Positions 1 to 8,480 of a stretch of 64,000 bases of DNA are shown here, in pieces (the first letter of the stretch is position 1; the number at the start of each line of letters is the position of its first letter). This DNA comes from Pseudomonadota bacterium. GTDB lineage: Bacteria; Pseudomonadota; Alphaproteobacteria; Rhizobiales; Rhizobiaceae. The notes below the pieces were generated by a model. It was not told the DNA's origin, did not search any database, and saw only the letters and a list, made by a program, of their open reading frames with translations. The DNA lies in the NCBI GenBank assembly GCA_038529265.1, contig JBCBDX010000008.1:76294-140293 (forward strand), read 5' to 3'. The position numbers were made by a program, and so were the translations under genes.

Positions 1-545
1 TTAACGGCATTCAATGGCCATTTGGCTTCATTGATTGTCAGGCCCTCTAACGCTGAAAAGCCAACGATCGAAAATGTTGTGTCGTCTTGCTCAAAGGGCT
101 TTAAACTCGTTCCTCCTAAAAGAGGGCTTGCCATCTGACGTCCGTCCGTTGCCACGACGGCGATGCCTTCCTGTGCCAAAGATATCGCTTTTGTTACATG
201 GAAGAGGACGTGGTCTGACCTTTTGCCACCCAGCGCGCCAACCAAGACGATGTCAGTGGCGCCTCTTTCGATTGCCTCAAAGATTGCCAGTTCGCCGTCG
301 GAAGCTGCTTTCTCGAATGGGAACTCTTTTCGTTCAATGTGTTTGAACCTGACAGCCAATGCGCTGTCGGATGAGTCAAAGTCACCTATCCATAAGTCAG
401 GCTGCAAGCCCAAAGCTTGCGCGTGTCGAATGCCACCATCGGCGGCAATGACTTGTCGACAAGAAACAATTGTCTTCAACGCTTCAGATGGCTCAGCCTC
501 ACCATCGAGCAATATCGCAAAGCGGTTTTCTTTTTGCGCATTCAT
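1..545 (-). CDS. thiamine pyrophosphokinase (partial; C-terminus runs off the left window edge)
   Basis: Absent from the ORF track because there is no in-window stop. Manual minus-strand translation from ATG 545..543 gives MNAQKENRFAILLDGEAEPSEALKTIVSCRQVIAADGGIRHAQALGLQPDLWIGDFDSSDS..., the TPK pattern (AADGG, GDFDS). It is divergent from thiBPQ. Confidence 0.75.
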   Translation of the reverse strand, partial: MNAQKENRFAILLDGEAEPSEALKTIVSCRQVIAADGGIRHAQALGLQPDLWIGDFDSSDSALAVRFKHIERKEFPFEKAASDGELAIFEAIERGATDIVLVGALGGKRSDHVLFHVTKAISLAQEGIAVVATDGRQMASPLLGGTSLKPFEQDDTTFSIVGFSALEGLTINEAKWPLNAV

Positions 546-635
546 GCCGCGTTCTTAGCGGGGTGGCCCTTCAACGCAAGTGCACGTGGACAACAGCTAT
601 TTACGCGTCCTGGCAAGGCTGCTAGCTAAGCGCCT

Positions 636-735
636 GCAAGCTAACGGGGTGCTGCTTTAAGCGGCTGAGAGGCAACTGGCCAACCCGAAGAACCTGATCC
701 GGTTAGTACCGGTGTAGGGATTAGTTGTCATTGGC
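636..735 (+). promoter_or_regulatory. TPP (THI-box) riboswitch in the thiB leader
   Basis: Core elements are readable: GGGGTGC (646-652), CTGAGA (665-670), ACCC..AACCTGATCCGGTTAGTACCGGTGTAGGGA (683-720). It lies directly upstream of thiB. Boundaries are approximate. Confidence 0.85.
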
Positions 736-789
736 AAGCCAACCGCTATGCCGTGCGCTATTCCCGAAAGTGAAAAGAAGGAGGCGCAC

Positions 790-1803
790 ATGCGCATCAA
801 ACATATGAGAGCTTTCGGCATGATGCTTATCGCTGCTGTTTCTTTGGCAGCCACACAAGCCAAGGCTGAAAACGGCACCTTGACCGTCTACACCTATGAT
901 AGTTTCGTAGCTGATTGGGGCCCGGGGCCTCAAGTTGAGGCTGCATTCGAAGCGCAATGCGATTGCGATCTTGAGTTTGTATCGGCGGCCGATGGTGTCG
1001 CACTGCTCAACCGGTTGCGTTTGGAAGGCGGCAATGGCCGCGCGGATATCGTACTTGGCCTTGATACCAATTTGACTGAGGAGGCAACCGCTGCGGGCTT
1101 TTTTGTTGAACACGGCCAGACACTCTCTGAAACATCCGTGCCCGGCGGTTGGGACGATAAGTTCTTCCTGCCGTTCGACTATGGCTATTTCGCGGTGATT
1201 TATGACTCTGAGACTATCTCGGAACCACCAACCAGCATGGCCGAATTTCTCGCTGCAGATGCATCGAACAAGATAGTCATTCAGGACCCGAGAACTTCGA
1301 CACCTGGCCTTGGTCTGATGTTGTGGCTAAGAGAGATTTACGGCGATGAGTGGGAAGAAGCGCTCGCAAAGCTCAATGAAAGAACCTTGACAGTTACGCC
1401 AGGCTGGTCGGAAGCCTATGGCCTGTTCACGAATGGCGAAGTGCCAATGGTTTTGTCTTACACAACCTCACCGGCTTACCATATTCTTGCTGAAGAAATC
1501 GACCGCTACAAAGCTGCGACCTTTGAAGAAGGTCATTACATGCAGATTGAGGTCGCCGGGATTACGACCAAAGGTGCTGATAATCCACTATCAACGGTGT
1601 TTATGGAATTCATGGTTTCCTCCGGGTTCCAATCCATCATCCCGGAAACCAACTGGATGTTGCCTGTTGCCGATACCGGCGCTGAGCTGGATCCAGCCTT
1701 TCTGAACGCGATACCAGAAAAAGCGCTGCTTTTAGCACCTGAAACCGTGGCCGCGCAGCGCAAGCAATGGGTCGATGAATGGCTAGGAGTGATGAGCCGC
1801 TGA
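790..1803 (+). CDS. thiB: thiamine ABC transporter periplasmic binding protein
   Basis: ORF 748..1803. The likely start is ATG 790 (MRIKHMRAFGMMLIAAVSLAATQAKA signal peptide) preceded by AAGGAGG. The context is TPP riboswitch plus thiP and thiQ. Confidence 0.85.
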   Translation: MRIKHMRAFGMMLIAAVSLAATQAKAENGTLTVYTYDSFVADWGPGPQVEAAFEAQCDCDLEFVSAADGVALLNRLRLEGGNGRADIVLGLDTNLTEEATAAGFFVEHGQTLSETSVPGGWDDKFFLPFDYGYFAVIYDSETISEPPTSMAEFLAADASNKIVIQDPRTSTPGLGLMLWLREIYGDEWEEALAKLNERTLTVTPGWSEAYGLFTNGEVPMVLSYTTSPAYHILAEEIDRYKAATFEEGHYMQIEVAGITTKGADNPLSTVFMEFMVSSGFQSIIPETNWMLPVADTGAELDPAFLNAIPEKALLLAPETVAAQRKQWVDEWLGVMSR

Positions 1804-3407
1804 TCGCTCATTCATCATATAGCAAATGGCTGGCGCGGTTGGTTTTGATCGCGCTGGCCGTGCTTTGCTTAACACCTTTGGTGGCCTTGGGTGTTCTGGC
1901 CAACGCATCGTTGCGATTTGATCAGGCTGCCTTGATCCTGACCGACCCTGTCGTGCTTCGGGCGCTGCGTTTCACGCTTATACAAGCTGCTCTTTCGACC
2001 GTCCTGTCGATTGGTCTTGCCATACCGGTATTGATGGCGCTCAGGCAAATACAATATGCTTGGGTACAGCAGACAGTTCGATTGCTCTTTTCCTTACCAC
2101 TGGTGCTGCCGCAGATCGTTGCTGCCTTAGCGATTGTCGCCGTTTTTGGTCAAAATGGTTGGTTTGCCGCTTTAACAAACGAACTGCAGGTGGGCTGGCC
2201 GTCAATATACGGGCTCGGCGGCATCCTGCTGGCGCACGTGTTTTTTAACATGCCACTTGCAGTGCGAATTTTTGATCAAACCCTGCAGTCGATGCCACCC
2301 GAATACGATAAAATGGCAGCGCAGCTGGGGCTAAAAGGATTTCATCGTTTTCGGTTGGTCGAAGCTGTTGTCATTCGCAATAGTGTCGGCGGCGTTGCCA
2401 GTTTAATTTTTCTTCTATGCGCGACCTCCTTTACCGTTGTGTTAATGCTGGGAGGTGGGCCGCGGTCAACCACCTTGGAAGTTGCGATCTACCAGTCATT
2501 GGCATTCGACTTCGACCTTGGACGTGCACTCTTCCTGATACTGCTGCAAATAGCGGTTACCGGCATGATTGTTTTGACGCTATCACTTGGCCCTCAGAGC
2601 GAACTTGGCGGATCCAACTTTTCGATTTCTGATCAAGCCACGAGCCGCTTTGTGGTGGTTGATAGACCAAGACTGCGTTTTGACAGTTTTGCGTTGTTGA
2701 TCGTTGCCTTTCTGTTTGTGGGTTTACCGTTTGGGGCCATCATCATTGATGGGCTTTTAGCAAATCCATTGCAGGTTTGGGCAAAGCCGTCCGTTTTGGC
2801 AGCCACCGCGACAAGTGTTGTCATCGGAGTTGCATCCGCATTTTTAGCGACACTTTTCGCTCTTGTTCTGGCGGGGGCGGCGTCGACACGAACGCTGGCA
2901 GTAGTGCCTACTCTCGCGCTCGTTTTCCCTCCCATTGTCTTGTCAGCCGGTTGGCTCCTTACAATTCGTCAATTTGTCGACCCCTTTGCGTTCGCCCCAG
3001 CGCTGGTCATTGTTATCAACGCTGCCATGGCGCTACCTTTCGTCATTCGCATCATAGAGCAGGCGCTTAAAACGCACAGGGTCCGGCATGGTCCACTGGA
3101 AGCGCAATTGGGCATAAACGGTTGGAGCCGATGGCGCCTGTCCGTCTTACCCGCTCTCAAACTACCGTTCTTGACCGGCTTCGCTTTTGCGTTTGCTCTT
3201 TCTTTGGGGGACTTTGGCGTGGTGGCATTATTCGGCTCTGATCGCCTGCAGACTTTGCCCTATTTGATATATTCAAACTTCGGCAGCTATCGCTCACAGG
3301 ATGCAATTGCACTCGCTCTGTTGCTGACTTCCCTGGTTTTCTCCGCAATAGGATTGGCCGAGCTGTTTGCACGTTACGACCGGTCGGAAAGGGCGGCTCC
3401 GCTATGA
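1779..3407 (+). CDS. thiP: thiamine/thiamine-pyrophosphate ABC transporter permease
   Basis: 542-aa polytopic membrane protein with duplicated ABC permease architecture. It overlaps thiB by 25 nt and thiQ by 4 nt. Confidence 0.85.
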   Translation: MARSDEPLIAHSSYSKWLARLVLIALAVLCLTPLVALGVLANASLRFDQAALILTDPVVLRALRFTLIQAALSTVLSIGLAIPVLMALRQIQYAWVQQTVRLLFSLPLVLPQIVAALAIVAVFGQNGWFAALTNELQVGWPSIYGLGGILLAHVFFNMPLAVRIFDQTLQSMPPEYDKMAAQLGLKGFHRFRLVEAVVIRNSVGGVASLIFLLCATSFTVVLMLGGGPRSTTLEVAIYQSLAFDFDLGRALFLILLQIAVTGMIVLTLSLGPQSELGGSNFSISDQATSRFVVVDRPRLRFDSFALLIVAFLFVGLPFGAIIIDGLLANPLQVWAKPSVLAATATSVVIGVASAFLATLFALVLAGAASTRTLAVVPTLALVFPPIVLSAGWLLTIRQFVDPFAFAPALVIVINAAMALPFVIRIIEQALKTHRVRHGPLEAQLGINGWSRWRLSVLPALKLPFLTGFAFAFALSLGDFGVVALFGSDRLQTLPYLIYSNFGSYRSQDAIALALLLTSLVFSAIGLAELFARYDRSERAAPL

Positions 3408-4123
3408 CTGGCTATCATGTTGAGATGCGGAAGGTGCAATTTGCTCATGGTGGTGACGACAGCGGCTTCACGTTTGATGTGGTTTTTGAAGCGGGCAAGA
3501 TTACAGCTTTAATGGGAGCGTCTGGTGGCGGTAAATCCACGCTGTTGAACCTACTGGCTGGCTTCTTGCAACCGGCGACAGGTTCAATCTTTGTCGGTGA
3601 TAATAGTGTAACACGCAAACATGCGTCAGACCGACCGGTGTCGATGATTTTTCAAGATCACAATCTGTTTGCACATCTCACCGTCGAACAAAATGTCGGG
3701 CTTGGTATCAGTCCCGGCCTCGCACTCCGGCAAGAGGACAAGCACCGAATTGCAGAAGCGCTGAAAAGCGTTGGTCTGGACGGCTATGCTCACCGTAAGC
3801 CTTCAAAGCTCTCTGGCGGTGAGCGACAAAGGGTGGCGCTAGCGCGTATCCTGGTGCGGGACCGTCCAATACTTTTAATGGATGAAGCCTTGGCTTCACT
3901 GGGTCCTGGTCTTCGCCAGTCGATTTTGGATTTGGTACTGAAACTGCGCAACGCAAAGAGTCTCACCGTTATAATGGTCACGCATGATCCTTCTGATGCC
4001 CGCCGCATTGCCGATAACGTCGTATTTCTAGCGGACAAGGAAGTTATTGGGCACGGCCCAATGAAGGAAATTCTTTTAAGTCCTTCTGATCCTCGCATCG
4101 CTGCCTATTTAGGAACTACTTAG
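3404..4123 (+). CDS. thiQ: thiamine ABC transporter ATP-binding protein
   Basis: Walker A GASGGGKST, ABC signature LSGGERQRV, Walker B LLMDEA. It is the last gene of the thiBPQ unit. Confidence 0.9.
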   Translation: MTGYHVEMRKVQFAHGGDDSGFTFDVVFEAGKITALMGASGGGKSTLLNLLAGFLQPATGSIFVGDNSVTRKHASDRPVSMIFQDHNLFAHLTVEQNVGLGISPGLALRQEDKHRIAEALKSVGLDGYAHRKPSKLSGGERQRVALARILVRDRPILLMDEALASLGPGLRQSILDLVLKLRNAKSLTVIMVTHDPSDARRIADNVVFLADKEVIGHGPMKEILLSPSDPRIAAYLGTT

Positions 4124-4218
4124 CGACGTGATTTCGCCCGAATTGGCTTTCAGTTAGGCTTACGTTAATGCGCCGTTAAGCATAAGTGTGGCGATAGTAG
4201 TTTGAGAAATTATCCGTT

Positions 4219-5697
4219 GTGCATCAGGGTTTTGCAAAACTGAGGCAAGTAAGTGTGGGCGCGAGTGGGTTACTGCTTCTAGCGCTAGCTGCTTGCTCGA
4301 CATTGGAAGCGGTAACAGCTGACCTTGAGGTGTCTCCTTCAAGCAGACCTGTGACCACTGACAATGTTCGTAGCGGTCGTCTTGCCACGATTGGCGCGCA
4401 ACAGCACCCTCGAATTTTGGCCACTTATGGCGGCGAATACTCAGATTTAAAGCTCGAGCGCATGGTCGCTGGCATTGTCGGGCGGCTCGTCACAGTGTCT
4501 GATAACCCCAGCCAAGTCTATCAGATATCTATTTTGGATTCCCCGGTTATCAATGCTTTTGCGCTGCCAGGCGGCTATCTGTACGTGTCCCGCGGCCTGT
4601 TGGCTTTGGCTAATGACAGCGCCGAGTTGGCTGCTGTTATTGCTCATGAGATGGCACATGTGACTGCGGAACATGGGATAAAACGTCAACGCAAAGAGGC
4701 TGAAGCAGAACTTGCAAGCCGGGTAGTCACGGAAGTCTTGTCCGATAAGACCGCGGGTCGGCGCGCTTTGGCGCGCGGGCGGGTTGCACTGGCGCAGTTT
4801 TCGCGCAACCAAGAGCTGGAAGCCGATGCTATTGGTATCGCGGCGCTTAATGAAGCTAGTTTCGATCCTTATTCAGCCGCGCGTTTTCAAGAAACCATGG
4901 ATGCGTTTTCAAGGCTTTCGACCGGTGGTGATGTTGGCGATGGTTCACTGGATTTTCTGGCCACTCACCCGTCAACACCACAAAGGATTCAGCTGGCTTT
5001 AGGTCATGCAAGCAAGTTTGGCCCTCGCGGGCAGGGCGATGTTGCGCGTGAAGCCTATTTGGCCGGGCTGGACGGCATGACTTACGGTGACAGTCCAAAC
5101 GAAGGGTTTGTTCGCGGCAATACATATGCCCATGTTGGCCTGGGTATCGCGATTGATTTCCCTGAAGGCTTTGCAATTGAAAATCGGCCTGAGGCAGTGC
5201 TTGCGGCGAGAGATGATGGCGCAGCAGTCCGATTTGATGGTGCAGAAGTACCGGAAAATCAGTCCTTGCCCGACTATCTGAAGAGCGGTTGGGTTGAAGG
5301 TTTGGATGAAGCCAGTGTGCGTCCGGTCACCATCAACGGCATCGAGGCCGCGATTGCGCAAGCTCGCGTTGATCGTTGGATTTTTGATATTACCGTGTTT
5401 CGGGTAGATGGCGCCGTTTACCGCATACTGACGGCAGTTCCGGCTGCTGGCGTTGATCTAGCGAGCGTCGCTTCACAAACCCGTCAGGGTTTTCGCATTC
5501 TGACCCCAGCTGAACGCGCTGAAATAAAGCCTTTGCGTGTACGCATCGTTCGTGCAAGTGCAGGCGATAGCGTTGCAAGCCTGTCAGAAAACATGGCTGG
5601 TTTTGATGACCGCGAAAGCGCGTTTCGCGTGTTTAATGGTATGACGCCAGCCGACCGCGTCAAAGCAAATGAGCTTTACAAGATTGTTGCCCAGTAG
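4219..5697 (+). CDS. M48 family zinc metalloprotease (exported, probably a lipoprotein)
   Basis: HEMAH zinc motif (IAHEMAHVTAEH). N-terminal LLLLALAAC lipobox-like signal. GTG start as listed in the ORF track. Confidence 0.8.
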   Translation: MHQGFAKLRQVSVGASGLLLLALAACSTLEAVTADLEVSPSSRPVTTDNVRSGRLATIGAQQHPRILATYGGEYSDLKLERMVAGIVGRLVTVSDNPSQVYQISILDSPVINAFALPGGYLYVSRGLLALANDSAELAAVIAHEMAHVTAEHGIKRQRKEAEAELASRVVTEVLSDKTAGRRALARGRVALAQFSRNQELEADAIGIAALNEASFDPYSAARFQETMDAFSRLSTGGDVGDGSLDFLATHPSTPQRIQLALGHASKFGPRGQGDVAREAYLAGLDGMTYGDSPNEGFVRGNTYAHVGLGIAIDFPEGFAIENRPEAVLAARDDGAAVRFDGAEVPENQSLPDYLKSGWVEGLDEASVRPVTINGIEAAIAQARVDRWIFDITVFRVDGAVYRILTAVPAAGVDLASVASQTRQGFRILTPAERAEIKPLRVRIVRASAGDSVASLSENMAGFDDRESAFRVFNGMTPADRVKANELYKIVAQ

Positions 5698-5707
5698 GCG
5701 CAATAGA

Positions 5708-6580
5708 TCAGGCGTAGTTCACGGCCATTTCGGGGTCGCTGCGAGTGAGAGCAGAGCGAAGTTTCTCCAACGCCCGGTTTTCGATTTGCCGCACACGCTC
5801 TTTGGAGATACCCAGCTCTGTTCCAAGCGATTCCAGTGTCGCGCCGCTTTCGGTCAACCTACGTTGGCGTATGATCTTCAGTTCGCGTTCGTTGAGTACA
5901 GTCATGGCACCAACAAGCCAATCTGATCGGCGCTCGGTGTCGATGGTTTCCTCAACCAACTCATCCTGCAAAGGTCTGTCGTCGACAAGAAAATCCTGAC
6001 GCGTCGCCGCAGAGTTTTCATCATCACTAACCGGTGCACTCAAAGATGTGTCCATGCCGGAGAGCCTAGAGTCCATCAATGCTACATCTTTCTCAGTAAC
6101 GCCCAGAGCTTCTGAAATCTCGCGATACATTGTCGGCTGATCTGGTGTCTCTCCTGATTTGGCCAGTTTTGCGCGAAGGCGGCGCAGATTGAAGAACAAT
6201 GCTTTCTGTGCCGACGATGTCCCTCCGCGAACAATCGACCAGTTTCGAAGGATGTAATCCTGCATCGAAGCTCTAATCCACCAAGTCGCGTAGGTTGAGA
6301 ATCTAACTTCGCGTTCTGGTTCAAATCGTGCAGCAGCTTCCAGGAGCCCCACATACCCCTCTTGAACCAAGTCGCTCATTGGAAGACCGAAATTGCGGAA
6401 CTTGGATGCCATTGAAATCACCAGACGCATATGGGCTGTCGTGATTTTGTGGAGCGCCTGTTGATTTTGCTGCTCTTTCCAGGCGACTGCGAGTTCGTGC
6501 TCTTCTTCACGCTCCAAATATGGTGCGTTCATGGCTATGCGGACCATTTCGCGGCGGGCAGGTTCTTGCTTCATCACCAA
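5708..6580 (-). CDS. rpoH: RNA polymerase sigma-32 (heat-shock sigma factor)
   Basis: Sigma-70 regions 2 to 4 plus the RpoH-box-like stretch ATWWIRASMQDYILRNWSIVRGGTSSAQKALFFNLRR. Confidence 0.9.
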   Translation of the reverse strand: MVMKQEPARREMVRIAMNAPYLEREEEHELAVAWKEQQNQQALHKITTAHMRLVISMASKFRNFGLPMSDLVQEGYVGLLEAAARFEPEREVRFSTYATWWIRASMQDYILRNWSIVRGGTSSAQKALFFNLRRLRAKLAKSGETPDQPTMYREISEALGVTEKDVALMDSRLSGMDTSLSAPVSDDENSAATRQDFLVDDRPLQDELVEETIDTERRSDWLVGAMTVLNERELKIIRQRRLTESGATLESLGTELGISKERVRQIENRALEKLRSALTRSDPEMAVNYA

Positions 6581-6695
6581 TTCTCCCCAATCGGACGCCT
6601 GTTGGCGGCAATTGTGAAGGTTTACGCAGCTGTGACGAATTGGATCAGTAATTGTGCAATTTTATTGCCAAAAAGGAAAAAATAATTTTTCTCAT

Positions 6696-6727
6696 CAAAA
6701 AGCCTGACTGATTTTCATCAGCCAGGC
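6696..6727 (-). terminator. intrinsic terminator downstream of carD
   Basis: The minus-strand RNA reads GCCUGGCUGAU-GAAA-AUCAGUCAGGC (11-bp stem with one mismatch) followed by UUUUU. It begins 26 nt after the carD stop. Confidence 0.6.
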
Positions 6728-6752
6728 CCAATGCGTTGTGACATTTGCGTTG

Positions 6753-7358
6753 TTACGCAGCTTTTTCGGCTGCCGAATTCTCGTTGCTTGCATCGACCTC
6801 AGGTTCGCCATCATCTTCATCCGTTTTCGGGCCACGCTTTGGGCCTTTCTGAAGATTGGCTTCGATCAATTGCAGCGCCTCCGTCTCAGAGACTTTCTTC
6901 ACCACGGTGATCTCACGAGCCATGCGGTCGCGTGCGGCCTCGAACAGCTGGCGTTCAGAATAAGACTGCTCAGGCTGGTTCTCAGCGCGATAAAGGTCGC
7001 GGACAACTTCAGCGATCGAAATCAGATCTCCGGAGTTGATCTTGGCGTCATACTCCTGGGCGCGGCGTGACCACATTGTACGTTTGATCCGAGCCCGGCC
7101 TTGAAGCACACGCAGTGCACCATCGACGAAATCGGTGGCAGCCAGCTTGCGCATGCCGATGGAAGCGGCTTTTGCGACTGGTACTTTCAGGCGCATTTTG
7201 TCTTTTTCGAACTCGATAACGAACAATTCCAGTTTGTGTCCGGCAACCTCTTGTTCTTCGATTGCTGTGATTTGGCCAACGCCATGCGCTGGATAGACAA
7301 TGTGTTCGTTTACTTTAAAGCCTTGACGCTGAGCGGGTTTTTTCGGCGCGCTTGCCAT
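6753..7358 (-). CDS. CarD/CdnL family transcriptional regulator
   Basis: FKVNEHIVYPAHGVGQITAIEEQEVAGHKLELFVIEF is the CarD N-terminal domain. The ORF extends to 7409, but MASAPKK (ATG 7358) fits the usual family length. Confidence 0.85.
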   Translation of the reverse strand: MASAPKKPAQRQGFKVNEHIVYPAHGVGQITAIEEQEVAGHKLELFVIEFEKDKMRLKVPVAKAASIGMRKLAATDFVDGALRVLQGRARIKRTMWSRRAQEYDAKINSGDLISIAEVVRDLYRAENQPEQSYSERQLFEAARDRMAREITVVKKVSETEALQLIEANLQKGPKRGPKTDEDDGEPEVDASNENSAAEKAA

Positions 7359-7643
7359 ATTTTTCGTACTCCCTTGCCAGACCTGCCGATCTGGGCGTTT
7401 TGCCATCAACTCAAATGTTGCCGGGCAAAAATGCGCGCAACCTGCTCAACTCAAGCTAGAAAAGCATGAATTGATAAGCAGATAGCGTTGATCTGAGGTC
7501 AGGTACTGATCCGTTCAGGCAGCAAATTTGCGGTGGAAAACAACATTGATAGGGTATGTAGCATAAAAATCCGCAAAATTCAACGGCTTGCGCGCCTGAT
7601 CAATTTTTCTGCGTTGTAGTTGCGGCTTCGGGTTGAACGACTG

Positions 7644-7982
7644 TCAGTCGCCTTCGCCCGGTTTTGCAGAAAAGTGCTGCTCGAACTTGTTGGGCTTGCC
7701 ATCCCATTCCTTTGCGTCAGGTAGCGGGTCCCGTTTCATTGTAATGTTTGGCCACTTCTCAGAATATTCTGTGTTGATCTTTAACCAGTTTTCCAATCCC
7801 GGCTCGGTGTCCGGTTTGATGGCTTCGGCGGGACATTCGGGCTCGCATACACCGCAGTCGATACACTCATCAGGATGGATAACCAGAAAGTTCTCGCCTT
7901 CATAAAAACAGTCGACAGGACAGACTTCCACGCAGTCAGTATATTTGCATTTTACGCAATTGTCGGTGACGACATAAGTCAC
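7644..7982 (-). CDS. fdxA: 7Fe ferredoxin (3Fe-4S/4Fe-4S)
   Basis: [28 protein letters not shown]...[12 protein letters not shown] cysteine pattern. The ORF extends to 7994, but GTG 7982 gives the canonical MTYVV N-terminus with GGAG upstream. Confidence 0.9.
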   Translation of the reverse strand: MTYVVTDNCVKCKYTDCVEVCPVDCFYEGENFLVIHPDECIDCGVCEPECPAEAIKPDTEPGLENWLKINTEYSEKWPNITMKRDPLPDAKEWDGKPNKFEQHFSAKPGEGD

Positions 7983-8066
7983 GGTAAACTCCACATTCTG
8001 TTGCGGTGCACCTAGTCAGTTTTGAAAACTGTGTCCAGTTGTGAACTTACGAATGTGACAATAGGC

Positions 8067-8480
8067 CTAGAACCCCTTGTCTCCGTGCAGTTTATCGAGC
8101 GCTCGGCGTTCTCGTTTCGTCGGTCGTCCGCTACCCGGCTCGCGTTTTGGCGACAGTCGATCAAGCGCATTGGTTCGCTGTGTCGGCACAGGCGGGCTTA
8201 AATCTTCGTAGAGCAGTTGCGCTTCTTTTGCTGGCCCACGCTGCAGGCCGCAGTCGACGACCTTGTAAATGATGATGCGACGTTCAAGTGTAATGGTGAC
8301 CACATCTTCCACGCGCACGGTCTTGGAGGCGCTGTCTGCCTTTTCGCCATTGATGCGTACGTGCCCACCATTTGCTAGCTTGGCCGCCAGAGAACGGGTT
8401 TTCACCACGCGGGTGAAGAACAGCCATTTGTCGATCCGTTGCTTTTCCGGGCTTTCAATGCGTGGCGATGCGTCGGTCAC
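8067..8480 (-). CDS. RNA-binding S4 domain protein (Hsp15/HslR-like)
   Basis: RIDKWLFFTRVVKTRSLAAKLANGGHVRINGEK S4 motif. 4-nt overlap with the upstream helicase gene. Confidence 0.75.
   Translation of the reverse strand: MTDASPRIESPEKQRIDKWLFFTRVVKTRSLAAKLANGGHVRINGEKADSASKTVRVEDVVTITLERRIIIYKVVDCGLQRGPAKEAQLLYEDLSPPVPTQRTNALDRLSPKREPGSGRPTKRERRALDKLHGDKGF

Noticed and set aside
35-558. Plus-strand ORFs 35..346 and 163..558 at the left edge
   Set aside because: Their composition is Arg/Cys/Ser-rich nonsense. The opposite strand encodes a clean thiamine pyrophosphokinase, so these are antisense shadows.
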